From an uncultured delta proteobacterium (lineage in GTDB: Bacteria; Desulfobacterota; Binatia; UBA9968): DNA of 64,000 bases. Positions within the stretch are counted from its first letter, which is position 1, and each line of letters starts with the position of its first letter. Where the stretch lies: positions 1 through 64,000 of the forward strand of contig CAWJBB010000040.1 of assembly GCA_963840855.1 (NCBI GenBank). The letters are read 5' to 3'. The translations under genes and the position numbers were made by a program. The notes under the pieces are model-generated. The model had not been told where the DNA came from. It worked only from the letters and a program-made list of their open reading frames with translations, and ran no database searches. This document shows positions 29,575-40,515 of this stretch, piece after piece.

Positions 29575-30959
29575 ATCGTCCCTCCGGGAGTATCCTCGAG
29601 CACAACGCCCTTTGACTGGAGCTCCAGGCGAATGCGATCGGCTTCCTGCCATTTTTTTTCTTTACGCGCGCCATCCCGACGGGAGATGAGTTCTTCGATT
29701 TCATGCAACGACACGAATCCTTTTTTAAGCCACCGCTGTTTCTTTCGTTCAAAATATCCTTCTTGAAGCAGTCCCAAAGTGCCGCACATCAAGCGCAAAG
29801 CCGCAGCGCGCTCTTCCAGACCCTTGGCTTTCTTTTCATCGAGCAGTCGATTTAAGGCTCGCACTTCGTCGAAGATCAAAGCCAGCGCCCGCGGCGTATT
29901 GAAATCGTCGTCCATTTCCTGGCGAAACGCGTCCATCAGCGCCGGTTCGCCGACGTCATTTTTTTGACGCTGTCCGCGGCCAACACGCTCGATGGTCTCA
30001 TAGATGCGATCCGCGCCCTTGCCCGCTTCGTCCAACGATTCTGGAGAATAATCCATTGGGCTCCGGTAATGACTGGCCAAAAACAATTGGCGCAGCGCCA
30101 CCGGGTCGTTTTTTTCGAGGATTTCTGGAATCGTATAAAAATTGCCCAAAGACTTGGACATTTTTTCCCCGCTTACCGTAAGCAGACCGTTGTGAAGCCA
30201 ATAGCGTGCCAACGGCAGGCCCGAGGCCGCTTCGGACTGGGCAATTTCGTTTTCGTGATGGGGAAACATCAAATCTCTTCCGCCGCCGTGAATATCGAAA
30301 GGTTGTCCGAGATATTTTGTGCTCATAGCCGAGCATTCTATGTGCCAACCCGGCCTCCCCGGCCCCCAGGGGCTTTCCCACGCCGGCTCGCCGGGCTTGC
30401 TCGACTTCCACAGGGCAAAATCCAGGGGCGATTTTTTCCGCTCGTCGACTTCGACCCGGGCTCCGGCCTCCAACTCGTCAATTTTTTTACGCGACAACTT
30501 GCCGTAGCCCGGAAAGTCCTGGACGGAATAATAAACATCGCCGCCGATCCGGTACGCCAGCCCCTTGGCTTCGAGCCTTTCGATGATGGCGATAATTTCC
30601 GCAATATGGGCGGTTGCGCGCGGCTCAAAGGCGGGGCGGACCAGCCCGAGGGCTTCGCCGTCCCGATGAAATTCCTCGATATAACGCGCGGTAAGCGTAT
30701 CCCAGCCGACCTTCTCCTCGTTTGCTCGATTGATAATCTTGTCATCCACATCGGTGAAGTTGCGCACGAACTCCACCTTGTAGCCGAGAAACTTGAGATA
30801 ACGGTAAATGACGTCGAAGCTGATCAAGGAACGGGCGTGGCCGATATGGGACGAGTCATAGACCGTCACGCCGCAGACATACATGCGCACTTCGCCCGGC
30901 GTGAGCGGCACGAATTCCTGCTTTTCTCCGGCCAGGGTGTTGAAAATCTTGAGGGCCAT
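29559..30959 (-). CDS. cysS: cysteine--tRNA ligase
   Basis: YVCG.TVY, HIGH, DFALWK, GRPGWHIEC, FPHHENE, KMSKS. Confidence 0.98.
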   Translation of the reverse strand: MALKIFNTLAGEKQEFVPLTPGEVRMYVCGVTVYDSSHIGHARSLISFDVIYRYLKFLGYKVEFVRNFTDVDDKIINRANEEKVGWDTLTARYIEEFHRDGEALGLVRPAFEPRATAHIAEIIAIIERLEAKGLAYRIGGDVYYSVQDFPGYGKLSRKKIDELEAGARVEVDERKKSPLDFALWKSSKPGEPAWESPWGPGRPGWHIECSAMSTKYLGQPFDIHGGGRDLMFPHHENEIAQSEAASGLPLARYWLHNGLLTVSGEKMSKSLGNFYTIPEILEKNDPVALRQLFLASHYRSPMDYSPESLDEAGKGADRIYETIERVGRGQRQKNDVGEPALMDAFRQEMDDDFNTPRALALIFDEVRALNRLLDEKKAKGLEERAAALRLMCGTLGLLQEGYFERKKQRWLKKGFVSLHEIEELISRRDGARKEKKWQEADRIRLELQSKGVVLEDTPGGTIWKVK

Positions 30960-31058
30960 GGGCGAGGCTTAAATTGTTGCGGATCGAACCTTTATTTGCA
31001 ACCGTTTGCGCGCGTATCTACTTGCCAAAGCGCGGAAAAAAGCATAGACAAAAAATTT

Positions 31059-32714
31059 ATGAATTTCGCCAAACCCTACAAGGACCTTCGGGAGTTCATC
31101 GCGGCGCTGGATGCCAACCAAAAACTATATCGCATCCAGCGCGAAATTAACAAAGACACCGAGCTTCAGCCCCTCGTCCGCTGGCAATTCAGAGGCTTGC
31201 CGGAAGAAGCGCGCCGGGGATTTCTCTTCGACAATGTCATCGACGGCAAAAAGCACAAGTATAACTGCCGGGTGCTCGTCGGCGGCCTTTCGAGCTCTGA
31301 AGAGATTTATAGTATGGGCTTGAAGTGCCAGCCCGACGAAGTCCCCGACCGCTGGATTTATGCCCTCGATCATTTGATACCGCCGGTGATGGTCGATCAC
31401 GGCCCGGCCCAGGAAGAAGTGCACATGGGAGCGGCCTTGCTCGAACATGGCGGTATCAATGAATTTGCCATTCCGATGTCGACGCCGGGATTCGACAATG
31501 GACCTTATATAACCGCCGGCCACTGGATCACCAAGGACCCCGAAACCGGCCAGCGCAACGTCGGCAACTATCGCGGCCTGATCAAAGGCCCGGACCGCAG
31601 CGGGCTCATGACAGGCACGCCCCAGGACTTATCCAACCAATGGGAAAAATGCCGGCGCAAAGGGATTCCCTTGGAAGTCGCCATCGTGATCGGCACCGTA
31701 CCGGCGGTTTCTTACGCGGCGACTCAGAAAGTTCCCCCCGACGTCGATGAGATCGCCCTCGCCGGCGGCCTCATGGGCGCGCCGGTGGAGATGATCAAGT
31801 GCAAGACCGTGGACCTCGAAGTGCCGGCGACCTCGGAGATCGTACTCGAAGGCATTATTCCGACGAACTATATGGAAGAAGAAGGTCCCTACGGTGAATC
31901 GATGGGCTATATCGATCCGCGCACCTTGAGCATGGTGTTCGAGCTCAAGTGCGTCACCCACCGCAAGGATCCCATCTGGGTGTCAATTATCAGTCAGGTA
32001 ACGCCCAGCGAAAGCTCCAAGATCAAAGCGATGGGCATGGGCACGCTGATCAAACGCTATCTTGTCCGAAAAGGCTTCGACACAGTGGAAGAGGTTCATC
32101 TGATCGAGCCCTTGGTCAACCTCCGGCCCTATGTCGCGGTAAGACTGAAAAAACGCAGCGACCAGGAACCCTGGGACGTCATGCAGGGCATTCTCGATTA
32201 CGGCGACCGGGTCGGTAAAATGGTCGTTGCGGTAGACGAAGACATCAACGTCAAGGACCCTGTCGCTGTCATCTGGGCGATTACACACCGCTCTCAGCCT
32301 CATAAAGATTTCAAGATCGTCGGCGACCGCCCATTCGGCGCCACACCCATCGGCATGCTGGCGACCCACCCGTCGAGCCGCTACGACAACTGCGAGTCAT
32401 CGGTCTTGATCGACGCCACGCGCAAAGCCGACTTTCCGCCGTTGTCGCTGCCGAAAAGAGAATTTATGGTGCGCGCCCGGGAGATATGGGAAGAGCTGGG
32501 GCTACCGAAGCTACAACCGCAAGAACCGTGGCATGGCTATCTCATGGGATTATGGCCCGACGAGCTCGCCCAGGAAGCCGACCTCGCCGCCCAAAGCGAA
32601 CATGAAAAAGTTTGGGAGAAGCTCAGCCAAACCCGCGTTTCGGTGGGCGAAGGCGATACCCTCAAGACCATGCGCGCGCGCTGGGGCAAGACGCATTCGG
32701 GCCGATCGGTGTAA
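31059..32714 (+). CDS. UbiD family (de)carboxylase
   Basis: DLREFI, RNVGNYR, VPA..EIVLEG, EGPYGE, VDEDI, IDAT. Confidence 0.92.
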   Translation: MNFAKPYKDLREFIAALDANQKLYRIQREINKDTELQPLVRWQFRGLPEEARRGFLFDNVIDGKKHKYNCRVLVGGLSSSEEIYSMGLKCQPDEVPDRWIYALDHLIPPVMVDHGPAQEEVHMGAALLEHGGINEFAIPMSTPGFDNGPYITAGHWITKDPETGQRNVGNYRGLIKGPDRSGLMTGTPQDLSNQWEKCRRKGIPLEVAIVIGTVPAVSYAATQKVPPDVDEIALAGGLMGAPVEMIKCKTVDLEVPATSEIVLEGIIPTNYMEEEGPYGESMGYIDPRTLSMVFELKCVTHRKDPIWVSIISQVTPSESSKIKAMGMGTLIKRYLVRKGFDTVEEVHLIEPLVNLRPYVAVRLKKRSDQEPWDVMQGILDYGDRVGKMVVAVDEDINVKDPVAVIWAITHRSQPHKDFKIVGDRPFGATPIGMLATHPSSRYDNCESSVLIDATRKADFPPLSLPKREFMVRAREIWEELGLPKLQPQEPWHGYLMGLWPDELAQEADLAAQSEHEKVWEKLSQTRVSVGEGDTLKTMRARWGKTHSGRSV

Positions 32715-32717
32715 ACG

Positions 32718-33269
32718 ATGAAACGCCCGATCACCCTGCGCGTCAACGGCGAAGAACAACAAGTCGAGATCGAGCCGAACCGGTTGCTGCTGCAAGTTCT
32801 GCGCGACAACCTCGGCTTAACCGGCACCAAAGAAGGCTGCAGCATCGGCGTTTGCGGCGCTTGCAGCGTCATCATCGATGGGCGCCTGGTGAGCTCGTGC
32901 TTGACCTTGGCCGCCGGCTGCGCCGGCAAGAACATTGAAACCATCGAAGGCCTCGCCAAAGACGGTAAGCTTCATCCCTTACAACAAGCGTTCATCGAGT
33001 ACGGCGGCTTTCAATGCGGCATCTGCACGCCCGGTCAGATCATGGCGGCGAAGGCATTGCTCGACGAGAACCCAAATCCAAGCGAAGATGAAGTCAAGGA
33101 ATGGATGTCGGGCAACCTGTGCCGCTGCACCGGGTATTACAAGATACTCGAAGCCGTCATGGCAGTGGTGGAGAACAAGATCGATGCCAATTTCGCCTTT
33201 CGCAAGCGCGAGCAAACCGCCAAGATCCAAAGCCTGGACGTTTACAAGCCGGTCGCGAAAACGACCTGA
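32718..33269 (+). CDS. [2Fe-2S] subunit, xanthine dehydrogenase/CoxS family
   Basis: GC..G.CGAC..C, QCGIC, NLCRCTGY. Confidence 0.93.
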   Translation: MKRPITLRVNGEEQQVEIEPNRLLLQVLRDNLGLTGTKEGCSIGVCGACSVIIDGRLVSSCLTLAAGCAGKNIETIEGLAKDGKLHPLQQAFIEYGGFQCGICTPGQIMAAKALLDENPNPSEDEVKEWMSGNLCRCTGYYKILEAVMAVVENKIDANFAFRKREQTAKIQSLDVYKPVAKTT

Positions 33270-33308
33270 TCTTGGGCAAATAGATGCTGCGATGAGCGTA
33301 ATGGAGTC

Positions 33309-33392
33309 CGTCATACCCGCGTAAGCGGGTATCCAGGGCATGACAGCGAGGCAAGGAAACAAACCTGGATTCCGGCTTCCGCCGGAATGACG
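33309..33392. repeat. CGTC-type REP doublet
   Basis: CGTCATACCCGCG.AAGCGGGTATCCAG ... CTGGATTCCGGC..CCGGAATGACG. Confidence 0.75.
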
Positions 33393-33478
33393 GGAGAGAG
33401 AGATTCCGACCTCATACCTAGAAATCACCGTCAATCACGAATGTGCGTCACAGAATGAGATTTTGAGAGATAAGCATC

Positions 33479-35770
33479 ATGGCAAAGGCAGAAAAATTCT
33501 CCGTCGTCGGCCGGCGCGTGCAGCGGGTCGAAGGTTTCGATAAAGTCACCGGCGATTCCAAGTTCATCGCGGATATCTATTTACCGGGAATGCTCGTAGG
33601 CAAGGTTCTGCGCAGCCCCTTTGCCCACGCGCGCATTCGTCACATCGACACCAGCAAAGCCGAAAAGCTCCCCGGCGTGCGCGCCGTGGTGACCGCCGAG
33701 GACACCATCAAACGGCCCTGGGGCGCGTTTTTCGCCGACCAGTATATTCTCTCCGTGGGCAAAGCCCGCTACGTCGGCGAAGAAGTCGCCGCCGTGGCCG
33801 CCATCGATCCGGATATCGCCGAGGAGGCCGTGGATCTGATTGAAGTGGATTGGGAACCGCTGACCGGCGTCTTCGACGCCGAAGAAGCGATGCAAGACGG
33901 CGCGCCGCTGGTGCACGACGACAAGCCCAATAACATCGCCATGACCATGGACATCGAGCGCGGCAACATCGCCCAGGCCTTCGCCGAGTCCGATGTGATC
34001 GTCGAAGACACGTTTCAGAGCATGCCGCAGTGGCATTGCGCCATTGAAACCATCGGCAGCGTCGCCGAGTACGCGCCCAACGGCAAATACACGATCTACA
34101 TGAACACCCAGACGCTGTTTAACGCGCGCTATCGGATTGCCACCGCCCTGGGCGTGCCGGAAACCGACGTGCGCATCATTCAAAGCGCCGTGGGCGGCGG
34201 GTTCGGCGGCAAATCCTGCGACGATAATAACGCCCTGGTCGCCGCGGTTCTGGCGCGCAAAGCGAAAAAGCCGGTCAAGCTCATCAACACCCGTGAAGAA
34301 GAATTCCTTGCCGGCTGCCGGCCGCGGGTTTTTATGAAAATCAACGTCAAGCTCGGTTTTAAAAAAGATGGCCGCATCCGCGCCAAGCACATCAAGGTGA
34401 TCGCCGACAATGGCGCCTATTCGGCCAAAGCGCCGGCCATTACCGGCGTGGCGGCGATGCGCCATGACACCTGCTACAAATATACCGACGTAAAAACCGA
34501 AGCGCTGTTGGTTTACACCAACAAGATTCCCACCGGCGCGTTTCGCGGTTTCGGCAATCCATCCGCGGAGTGGGCGGTGGAGCAAGCGATCGATCTCGGC
34601 GCTCATGAGCTTGGCATTGACCCCATCGAGATCGCCCGCATAAACGCGGCCGAGACCGGCTATGTTTCGCCTCACGGCAACCGCGTCACCAGCTGCGAGC
34701 TAAAGCAGTGTCTCGATATGGCCGAGAAGATGATCGACTGGCAAGCCAAACGCGCCAACAAAGCGCCGGACACGGGGCTCGGCCTGGCATGCACCGTCCA
34801 TGTCAGCGGCAAGCGCCACTTCGGCGACTATGACGGCAGTTCCGCGACGATCAAGTTGAATGAAGACGGCAAAGCCCTCATCCTCAGCGGTGAAGGCGAA
34901 TGCGGCCAGGGCGTGCACACGGCGATGTGCCAGATCGCAGCGGAAGAATTGGGGGTCAGGGTCGAGGACGTAGAGATATCCCGCGCCGATACCGATCTCA
35001 CGACCTTTTGCCTTGGCGCCTTCGCCAGCCGGCTCACCTACGTCAGCGGCAACGCCGTGAAAAACGCCGCCGCCAATGTGAAGCAGCAACTGTTCGAGCA
35101 AGCCTCTGAGATGTTGGAGGCCAACTCCGAAGATTTAGTCGCCGGCGATGGGCGTATTTTCGTCAAGGGCGCCGAGGGCAAATCGGTCACCGTCGCCGAC
35201 GTGGCGCGGGCGCGGCTATTTCGCCACAACGGCGCGCCCATCGTCGGCTCGGGAAGTTTCGACGCCGACTCGGTGTTGCCGGATAGCACCCGCTTCGGCA
35301 ACGAATCGGGCGCCTATAACTATGGCGTTCAGGCCGCCCATGTTCACGTCGACCGCCAGACCGGACAGGTCAAAGTGCTCAAGTTCGTCATCGCGTCGGA
35401 CTGCGGCACGGTGATTTATCCCATTGGCGCGGAAGGCCAGGTCGAAGGCGGTTTCGCGCAGGGTATCGGTTATGCTCTCACGGAGGGGCTGCAATTCGAC
35501 GAAGGCCGGCCGGTGAATCCCAACTTTTCCGACTACCGCATTCCATCGATGCGCGACATGCCGCCCCTCGAGCATGCCTTCGCGGATTCCTATGAGCCGA
35601 CGGGACCATTCGGCGCCAAGGGTCTGGGCGAGTTGAACATGGACCCCACCGCCGCCGTGATCAGCAACGCGATCTTCGATGCGGTGGGCGTGCGAATAAA
35701 AACCTTGCCGATTACGCCTGAAAAAATTCTCAAGGCGCTGCGGGAACAAGAAAAGGAACGTAAGCAGTAA
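33479..35770 (+). CDS. molybdopterin-binding subunit, xanthine dehydrogenase/CoxL family
   Basis: GGGFGGK, AFRGFG, GQG, GQVEGG, GAKGLGE. Confidence 0.93.
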   Translation: MAKAEKFSVVGRRVQRVEGFDKVTGDSKFIADIYLPGMLVGKVLRSPFAHARIRHIDTSKAEKLPGVRAVVTAEDTIKRPWGAFFADQYILSVGKARYVGEEVAAVAAIDPDIAEEAVDLIEVDWEPLTGVFDAEEAMQDGAPLVHDDKPNNIAMTMDIERGNIAQAFAESDVIVEDTFQSMPQWHCAIETIGSVAEYAPNGKYTIYMNTQTLFNARYRIATALGVPETDVRIIQSAVGGGFGGKSCDDNNALVAAVLARKAKKPVKLINTREEEFLAGCRPRVFMKINVKLGFKKDGRIRAKHIKVIADNGAYSAKAPAITGVAAMRHDTCYKYTDVKTEALLVYTNKIPTGAFRGFGNPSAEWAVEQAIDLGAHELGIDPIEIARINAAETGYVSPHGNRVTSCELKQCLDMAEKMIDWQAKRANKAPDTGLGLACTVHVSGKRHFGDYDGSSATIKLNEDGKALILSGEGECGQGVHTAMCQIAAEELGVRVEDVEISRADTDLTTFCLGAFASRLTYVSGNAVKNAAANVKQQLFEQASEMLEANSEDLVAGDGRIFVKGAEGKSVTVADVARARLFRHNGAPIVGSGSFDADSVLPDSTRFGNESGAYNYGVQAAHVHVDRQTGQVKVLKFVIASDCGTVIYPIGAEGQVEGGFAQGIGYALTEGLQFDEGRPVNPNFSDYRIPSMRDMPPLEHAFADSYEPTGPFGAKGLGELNMDPTAAVISNAIFDAVGVRIKTLPITPEKILKALREQEKERKQ

Positions 35771-35838
35771 GCGGTAACCAGGAAGCCGTTGGGATGACGC
35801 CTGCTGCTCACTGCTCACCGCTCACTTTGTACTAGAAA

Positions 35839-36699
35839 ATGATCAAGTTTGATTATTTACAACCCAAGACGCTGAAAAGCGCTCTCGGCCTCTTGGAGAA
35901 ACATGGCGATGAGGCGCGCGCCATCGCCGGCGGAACATCCTTGCTGATCATGATGCGCCAACGCTTGCTGATGCCGAAGGTCGTCGTAAGCCTCGCCGAT
36001 ATTCCGAAATTCGACCGCATTACCTACAGCGCGAAGAATGGCCTCACCATCGGCGCCGGGGCGCGCCATCGCGACATCGAGCTTTCGCCGGTCATCAAAC
36101 AGCACTATCCCCTGCTGCACGAAACCTTTCACAAGGTCGCCCAGCCGCGTATCCGCAATATGGGCACCATCGGAGGCAATCTCGCCGCCGGCGATCCGTT
36201 GACCGATCCCGGCGCAAGCCTGATCGCCCTGGATGCCGAGGTCGTGCTGGCGAGCCGAACCGGACAACGGGTCCTCAAACTGGACGAATTTTTCGTCGAT
36301 TATTATCAAACCGCCCTCAATTCCGGCGAACTCTTATCCGAGATTCGCGTGCCGCCGCCCAACCGTCCGCTTTGGGCGCATATCAAATTCACGCCGCGCA
36401 GCGTTGAAGATTTCGCCACCGTTGGCGTGGCCTTGACGATGCGCTTGAAGAACGGCGTCTGCGACGATATCCGTCTCGGTCTCAATTCCGTCGCATCGAC
36501 CATCGTCCACGCCGCCCGTGCCGAAAATATTCTGCGCGGCCAGGAAATCACCGATGGCAAGCTCCAGGAGATGGGTGACGTGGCGGCCACGGAAGTCGAT
36601 CCCATGGACGACAACCGCGGCTCGGCAGACTACAAGCGCGAAATGGTCAAAGTGCTGGTGCCGCGCGCCGCGCAAGAGGCGCTTCAGCGTGCTGGGTAG
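35839..36699 (+). CDS. FAD-binding subunit, CoxM family
   Basis: AGGTSL, IRNMGTIGGN, D..GS..YKR. Confidence 0.92.
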   Translation: MIKFDYLQPKTLKSALGLLEKHGDEARAIAGGTSLLIMMRQRLLMPKVVVSLADIPKFDRITYSAKNGLTIGAGARHRDIELSPVIKQHYPLLHETFHKVAQPRIRNMGTIGGNLAAGDPLTDPGASLIALDAEVVLASRTGQRVLKLDEFFVDYYQTALNSGELLSEIRVPPPNRPLWAHIKFTPRSVEDFATVGVALTMRLKNGVCDDIRLGLNSVASTIVHAARAENILRGQEITDGKLQEMGDVAATEVDPMDDNRGSADYKREMVKVLVPRAAQEALQRAG

Positions 36700-36702
36700 T
36701 GG

Positions 36703-36850
36703 GTTTAATGTTCAACGTTCAAGGTTCGATGGCTTCGCCTGTTCAATGTTCTAAAGTTCAAGGTGGGGATGGGTCGTTGAACCTTGAACCCGGAACCTTG
36801 AACCGTGCCGGATCCGACACGTTGAACTTTGAACATTGAACCTTGAACTG
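36703..36850. repeat. inverted 7-mer arrays (GTTCAA / TTGAAC)
   Basis: Same unit family as 13020-13162. Confidence 0.65.
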
Positions 36851-37078
36851 GCATGTAAAACCTGATGAAGCGGACTGCAGCCCCGCTCGACGCTGTGCGG
36901 TCATTCGCCCAAGAATTTTTTGAGCCGTTGGACAAAACTGACTGCCCTCGGCTAGCCTCGGCCGACACTAGCCGAGAGCGCTACGATGGAATGATGGAAA
37001 AGCAAATGCGCGCCGAGCGCGAGAAGCAGTTCTCTCGCTTCTCGTGAATACACCCCTCGCGCCACGTAAAGCCAAACC

Positions 37079-38338
37079 GTGACTCCACCTTTCTTTTACG
37101 GCTGGGTCATTGTCGGCATTGCCATGCTCGCCGGCTTTCTGGGATCGGGCGTGAGCAACGTCACCATGGCGGTCGCTCTCAAACCCATCACCGAGGATCT
37201 TGGCTGGAGCCGCACACTCACTTCGTCGGCGATAACCATCGGATCAGTGGCGGGCGGCCTTTTGGCGCCTGTGGTTGGTCCGCTCGCCGATCGGCTGGGA
37301 CCGCGCATCCTCCTTCCATTCGGAGCCGCTCTAGTCGGCACCTTCGTTATGTGTCTCAGCCTGACGTACGAGCCCTGGCAATTTTACGCCACCTTTGTCC
37401 CCGGGCGAGCGCTGGCTGAAACGCTGCTTACCGGTGTGGTGCCCATGACTGCGGTAACCAACTGGTTTTATTTGAAACGCCCCAGGGCTATCGGTCTGGT
37501 TGCGTTGTCAGTGCCGTTGGGCTCCTTCGTATTGTCTCTGGTCTACCAGTTCATGATCGCAGCCTACGGATGGCGTAGCGCCTTTATGTTGCTTGGCATT
37601 GCTCTTTGGCTATTTGTCGTTGTGCCCGGCCTTTTCCTTTTACGCCGGCAGCCGGAAGATCTGGGGATGCTGCCCGATGGCGCCTCGCCGGCGGCTCAAA
37701 AATCAAAGCAAGACGATCCAGGAACGGAGCGCGCGACGGCAGCCGCCGAGCAAAGCTGGAGCTTGAAGGACGCACTGCGCACCCGGACCCTGTGGCTACT
37801 GATCGCCGCTTCGACGTTCTATTCAATTTCTACCGGGGGCATTGCCTTTCACATGGTGGCGTATTTTACGGACATGAAAATTCAGCCCGCAGTTGCCGTG
37901 GCGGCGCTAAGCGTAATGGCATTAACCGGGGCATTCGGCAGCGGCTTGTGGGGATCTCTGGCGGAAAAAATTCATCCGCGCGCCCTGGGCGTGATCACGA
38001 TGCTGCTCTCGGCGGCGGCCCTGGTGCTGCTGACCCAAGTGCGAGTCGCGGCCGCGGCGTTTGTCTTCGCGATTGTTTTCGGACTGAGCGCGCGCGGTGG
38101 TTTTGTTCTGATGCATATTCTATTGGCCCGCTACTTTGGACGGCGCTCCTTCGGCGCGATCACTAGCGCTCTTGAGCCTTTTCACAAGGGCGGCCTGGGA
38201 CTGGGAGCTCTGTTAGCAGGCATGGCTTTTGATCTAAGCGGTAGCTATCAGATGGTTTTTTTGCTTTTCATCGGGAACTATCTGATTGCCGCCACGCTTA
38301 CGCTCGTGGCTCGCCGACCGCTACTGGCGCCGCGCTGA
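37079..38338 (+). CDS. MFS transporter (MCT/OFA-like)
   Basis: FFYGW, G.LADRLGPR, NWF...R..A.G, YFGR, FD.SGSY. Confidence 0.87.
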   Translation: MTPPFFYGWVIVGIAMLAGFLGSGVSNVTMAVALKPITEDLGWSRTLTSSAITIGSVAGGLLAPVVGPLADRLGPRILLPFGAALVGTFVMCLSLTYEPWQFYATFVPGRALAETLLTGVVPMTAVTNWFYLKRPRAIGLVALSVPLGSFVLSLVYQFMIAAYGWRSAFMLLGIALWLFVVVPGLFLLRRQPEDLGMLPDGASPAAQKSKQDDPGTERATAAAEQSWSLKDALRTRTLWLLIAASTFYSISTGGIAFHMVAYFTDMKIQPAVAVAALSVMALTGAFGSGLWGSLAEKIHPRALGVITMLLSAAALVLLTQVRVAAAAFVFAIVFGLSARGGFVLMHILLARYFGRRSFGAITSALEPFHKGGLGLGALLAGMAFDLSGSYQMVFLLFIGNYLIAATLTLVARRPLLAPR

Positions 38339-38477
38339 ACGGCAGCGAGCTGATCGTTGCCGGTATATGATCGCGCTAACGCCCAACGCGGCGAAAGCTT
38401 GCTCGGGCTTTCTCATCTGGATGATCTGTCGAACAAGGGTTTATAGGAACCGGACTCAGCGCCGGACAGAATTCTTT

Positions 38478-39617
38478 TTACTTTCCCGCGCGCGGAAAGC
38501 CGTAAGCTTCCACTACTTTTGTGAGATATTCCTGAGTGTTCGTATAGTGATTCCAATCGACTAGCGATAGTTTCTTGCCGCGCACGGCCTGCTCCTGGAC
38601 CGTTCCCCGGACAAACAGCGAGCCTTCGTAGGGCCCGTGATCATCCAATATCTTTTGCCCCTCGGGAGAGGCCACGAACTCCAACAATAGAAGTCCGGCG
38701 TAGGGATGCTCGGCTGAGTTCAAGACACTCCACGACTCGTTGAGGCGCGCGGGGACCGGCTCCAAAAGCTTATAACCCAGAGTGTCGATCTTGTCTTTGC
38801 TTTTGGCTCTTAGATAGGAATCGTAGTTAACACCGAAGGCAATGGCATGCTCGCCGGCGAGCACACGGATGATCAGAGCGGTATGACCCCGGCCCCATAC
38901 CGGTTTCTGGGCGGCGAGCTTGCGGGCAAAATCGAGCGCTTTTTCAAGACCCCACGCTGGAACAAGGGCTGAAATGTTAATGGGACGAATATCGAGGACG
39001 AATTTCCGGTCTCTAAATTCCGGTTTGAGAAAGTCCTCCCAAGTGTTGGGCACTTTTTCCGCGGAGGTAAGCTTCTTATTGTAGACGACCACCTGTATCG
39101 AGCTTCCGATAACGACGATGTTGCGGTTGATCGGGTCCACCATTTGAACAGGAATCTCAAGCACCTTTTGCTCGGCCATCCCCAAGACGTCGAACTTTTT
39201 TTGATAAGGGAGATAGTCGTTGTAATAGTCGGAGATCGGGTCGTTTACGTCCACGCCTTTAGTCAAGCCCGCCTTCAGCTCTTGAAGCAACCGTAGATAA
39301 ACCTCTCCGGTCGGCACACTCTCGGCGCGGGTCTCGATGAAAGGGTACTTTTTGCTGAAGGCGGCGAGCATATGCTTCAGCGGATCCTCGGTCAGAGAGA
39401 CCACCGCGCGCAACTTGCCTTCCTGCTTCGCCCTGCTGACGATCTCATCGTGGCTGGGAACAAAGATGTACCCTTTGGCCTCGGCTTCCTGTTTGGCTTT
39501 GACCAGCGCGGCACTGGCCGATGCGCCGAGAGCGCTCGAGGGGACGATTGCAGCCGGGGCGATGACAATGAGAGAGACAAGGGACGATGAGCAAAACATC
39601 ATCAAACGTCGCTTCAT
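38478..39617 (-). CDS. ABC-type extracellular solute-binding protein (Fe3+/polyamine class)
   Basis: Signal peptide, AKQEGKL, F.KKYPF, YN, P.TWEDFL.P, SPEGQ. Confidence 0.8.
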   Translation of the reverse strand: MKRRLMMFCSSSLVSLIVIAPAAIVPSSALGASASAALVKAKQEAEAKGYIFVPSHDEIVSRAKQEGKLRAVVSLTEDPLKHMLAAFSKKYPFIETRAESVPTGEVYLRLLQELKAGLTKGVDVNDPISDYYNDYLPYQKKFDVLGMAEQKVLEIPVQMVDPINRNIVVIGSSIQVVVYNKKLTSAEKVPNTWEDFLKPEFRDRKFVLDIRPINISALVPAWGLEKALDFARKLAAQKPVWGRGHTALIIRVLAGEHAIAFGVNYDSYLRAKSKDKIDTLGYKLLEPVPARLNESWSVLNSAEHPYAGLLLLEFVASPEGQKILDDHGPYEGSLFVRGTVQEQAVRGKKLSLVDWNHYTNTQEYLTKVVEAYGFPRAGK

Positions 39618-40018
39618 GATGTAACCTCTATCTTTCCTCTTTGCGTCAGACTCTCGCGTCTTGCCAGGTGGAGTTGCGACGTAGCCGATTGCCCAGCTAG
39701 CAGGTTGCTGAAGGAAGAGCCCATATCGCCTCGTTTTAATCATACGGTAAATACCTTGGGGAAGACTATATGCACCACCGAAATCCTGTCAACAAAAAAT
39801 GATTCAGCCAAAGTCACGGCTGCGCGTTGCGTTCGAAGTCAGAACGTATCCGAACGTATGGTCACGTCGTGCAGCGGGGCGTGCGCAGGGTGGATGATGT
39901 TTTCCTCTCGGCTGATGACAGCCAAGAGTATCTCAATCGGCGGGCCACAGAACAGGGTTGCAAGAGCAGTCCGGGCTAGCGATTCGAAGCGAATCGTCGT
40001 AGGATCCAGGAAATCGAT

Positions 40019-40360
40019 ATGAAGATTGCCTATCTGGTTGCGATAGTCCTCATGGTCTGCGCGTGCTCCGCCAACAGCGTCCGGTCCGGGGCGGAACTCG
40101 TCCGGGTAACTAACAGAGAGCCCGGCCGGGAATGCAAATTTTTGGGCGATGTGACTGGTAGTCAAGGCAATCGTTTCACGGGAGGTTTTACCTCGGACGC
40201 GAACCTCGAGACTGGGGCTCGCAACGACCTCAAGAACAAGGCGTTCCAACTCGGCGGCAACGTCGTCTATGTTCTGACTCAACGGGAGAGCCAGACGGGC
40301 AACTCGCGAGATCGGAAGAATGTGACTCTCAGCGGCAATGTGTATCGGTGTCTTGACTAG
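40019..40360 (+). CDS. DUF4156-like lipoprotein
   Basis: Lipobox ..CAC, C.FLG.V.G, GARNDLKN.A..LGGN, VYRC. Confidence 0.75.
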   Translation: MKIAYLVAIVLMVCACSANSVRSGAELVRVTNREPGRECKFLGDVTGSQGNRFTGGFTSDANLETGARNDLKNKAFQLGGNVVYVLTQRESQTGNSRDRKNVTLSGNVYRCLD

Positions 40361-40515
40361 CCACAAGCTCCTCAAAGAGGTTTGCGCCGGAAAGCACGCA
40401 GGAATATGAGTTCACTGCGCCGCGATAGCCATGAAAAAAAAGGGGGACGGAGTGGAGCAGTGACGAACAATAGACCTGAAACCGGCCCGGAACGCGTTCT
40501 TCCCCCGTCCACATA

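Noticed and set aside
29964-31058. Apparent 365-aa N-terminal extension making UbiD 916 aa
   Set aside because: It is the antisense frame of cysS; UbiD similarity starts at ATG 31059.
33479-35770. Aerobic CO dehydrogenase
   Set aside because: The active-site loop is AFRGFG, not AYRCSFR or AYRGAGR.
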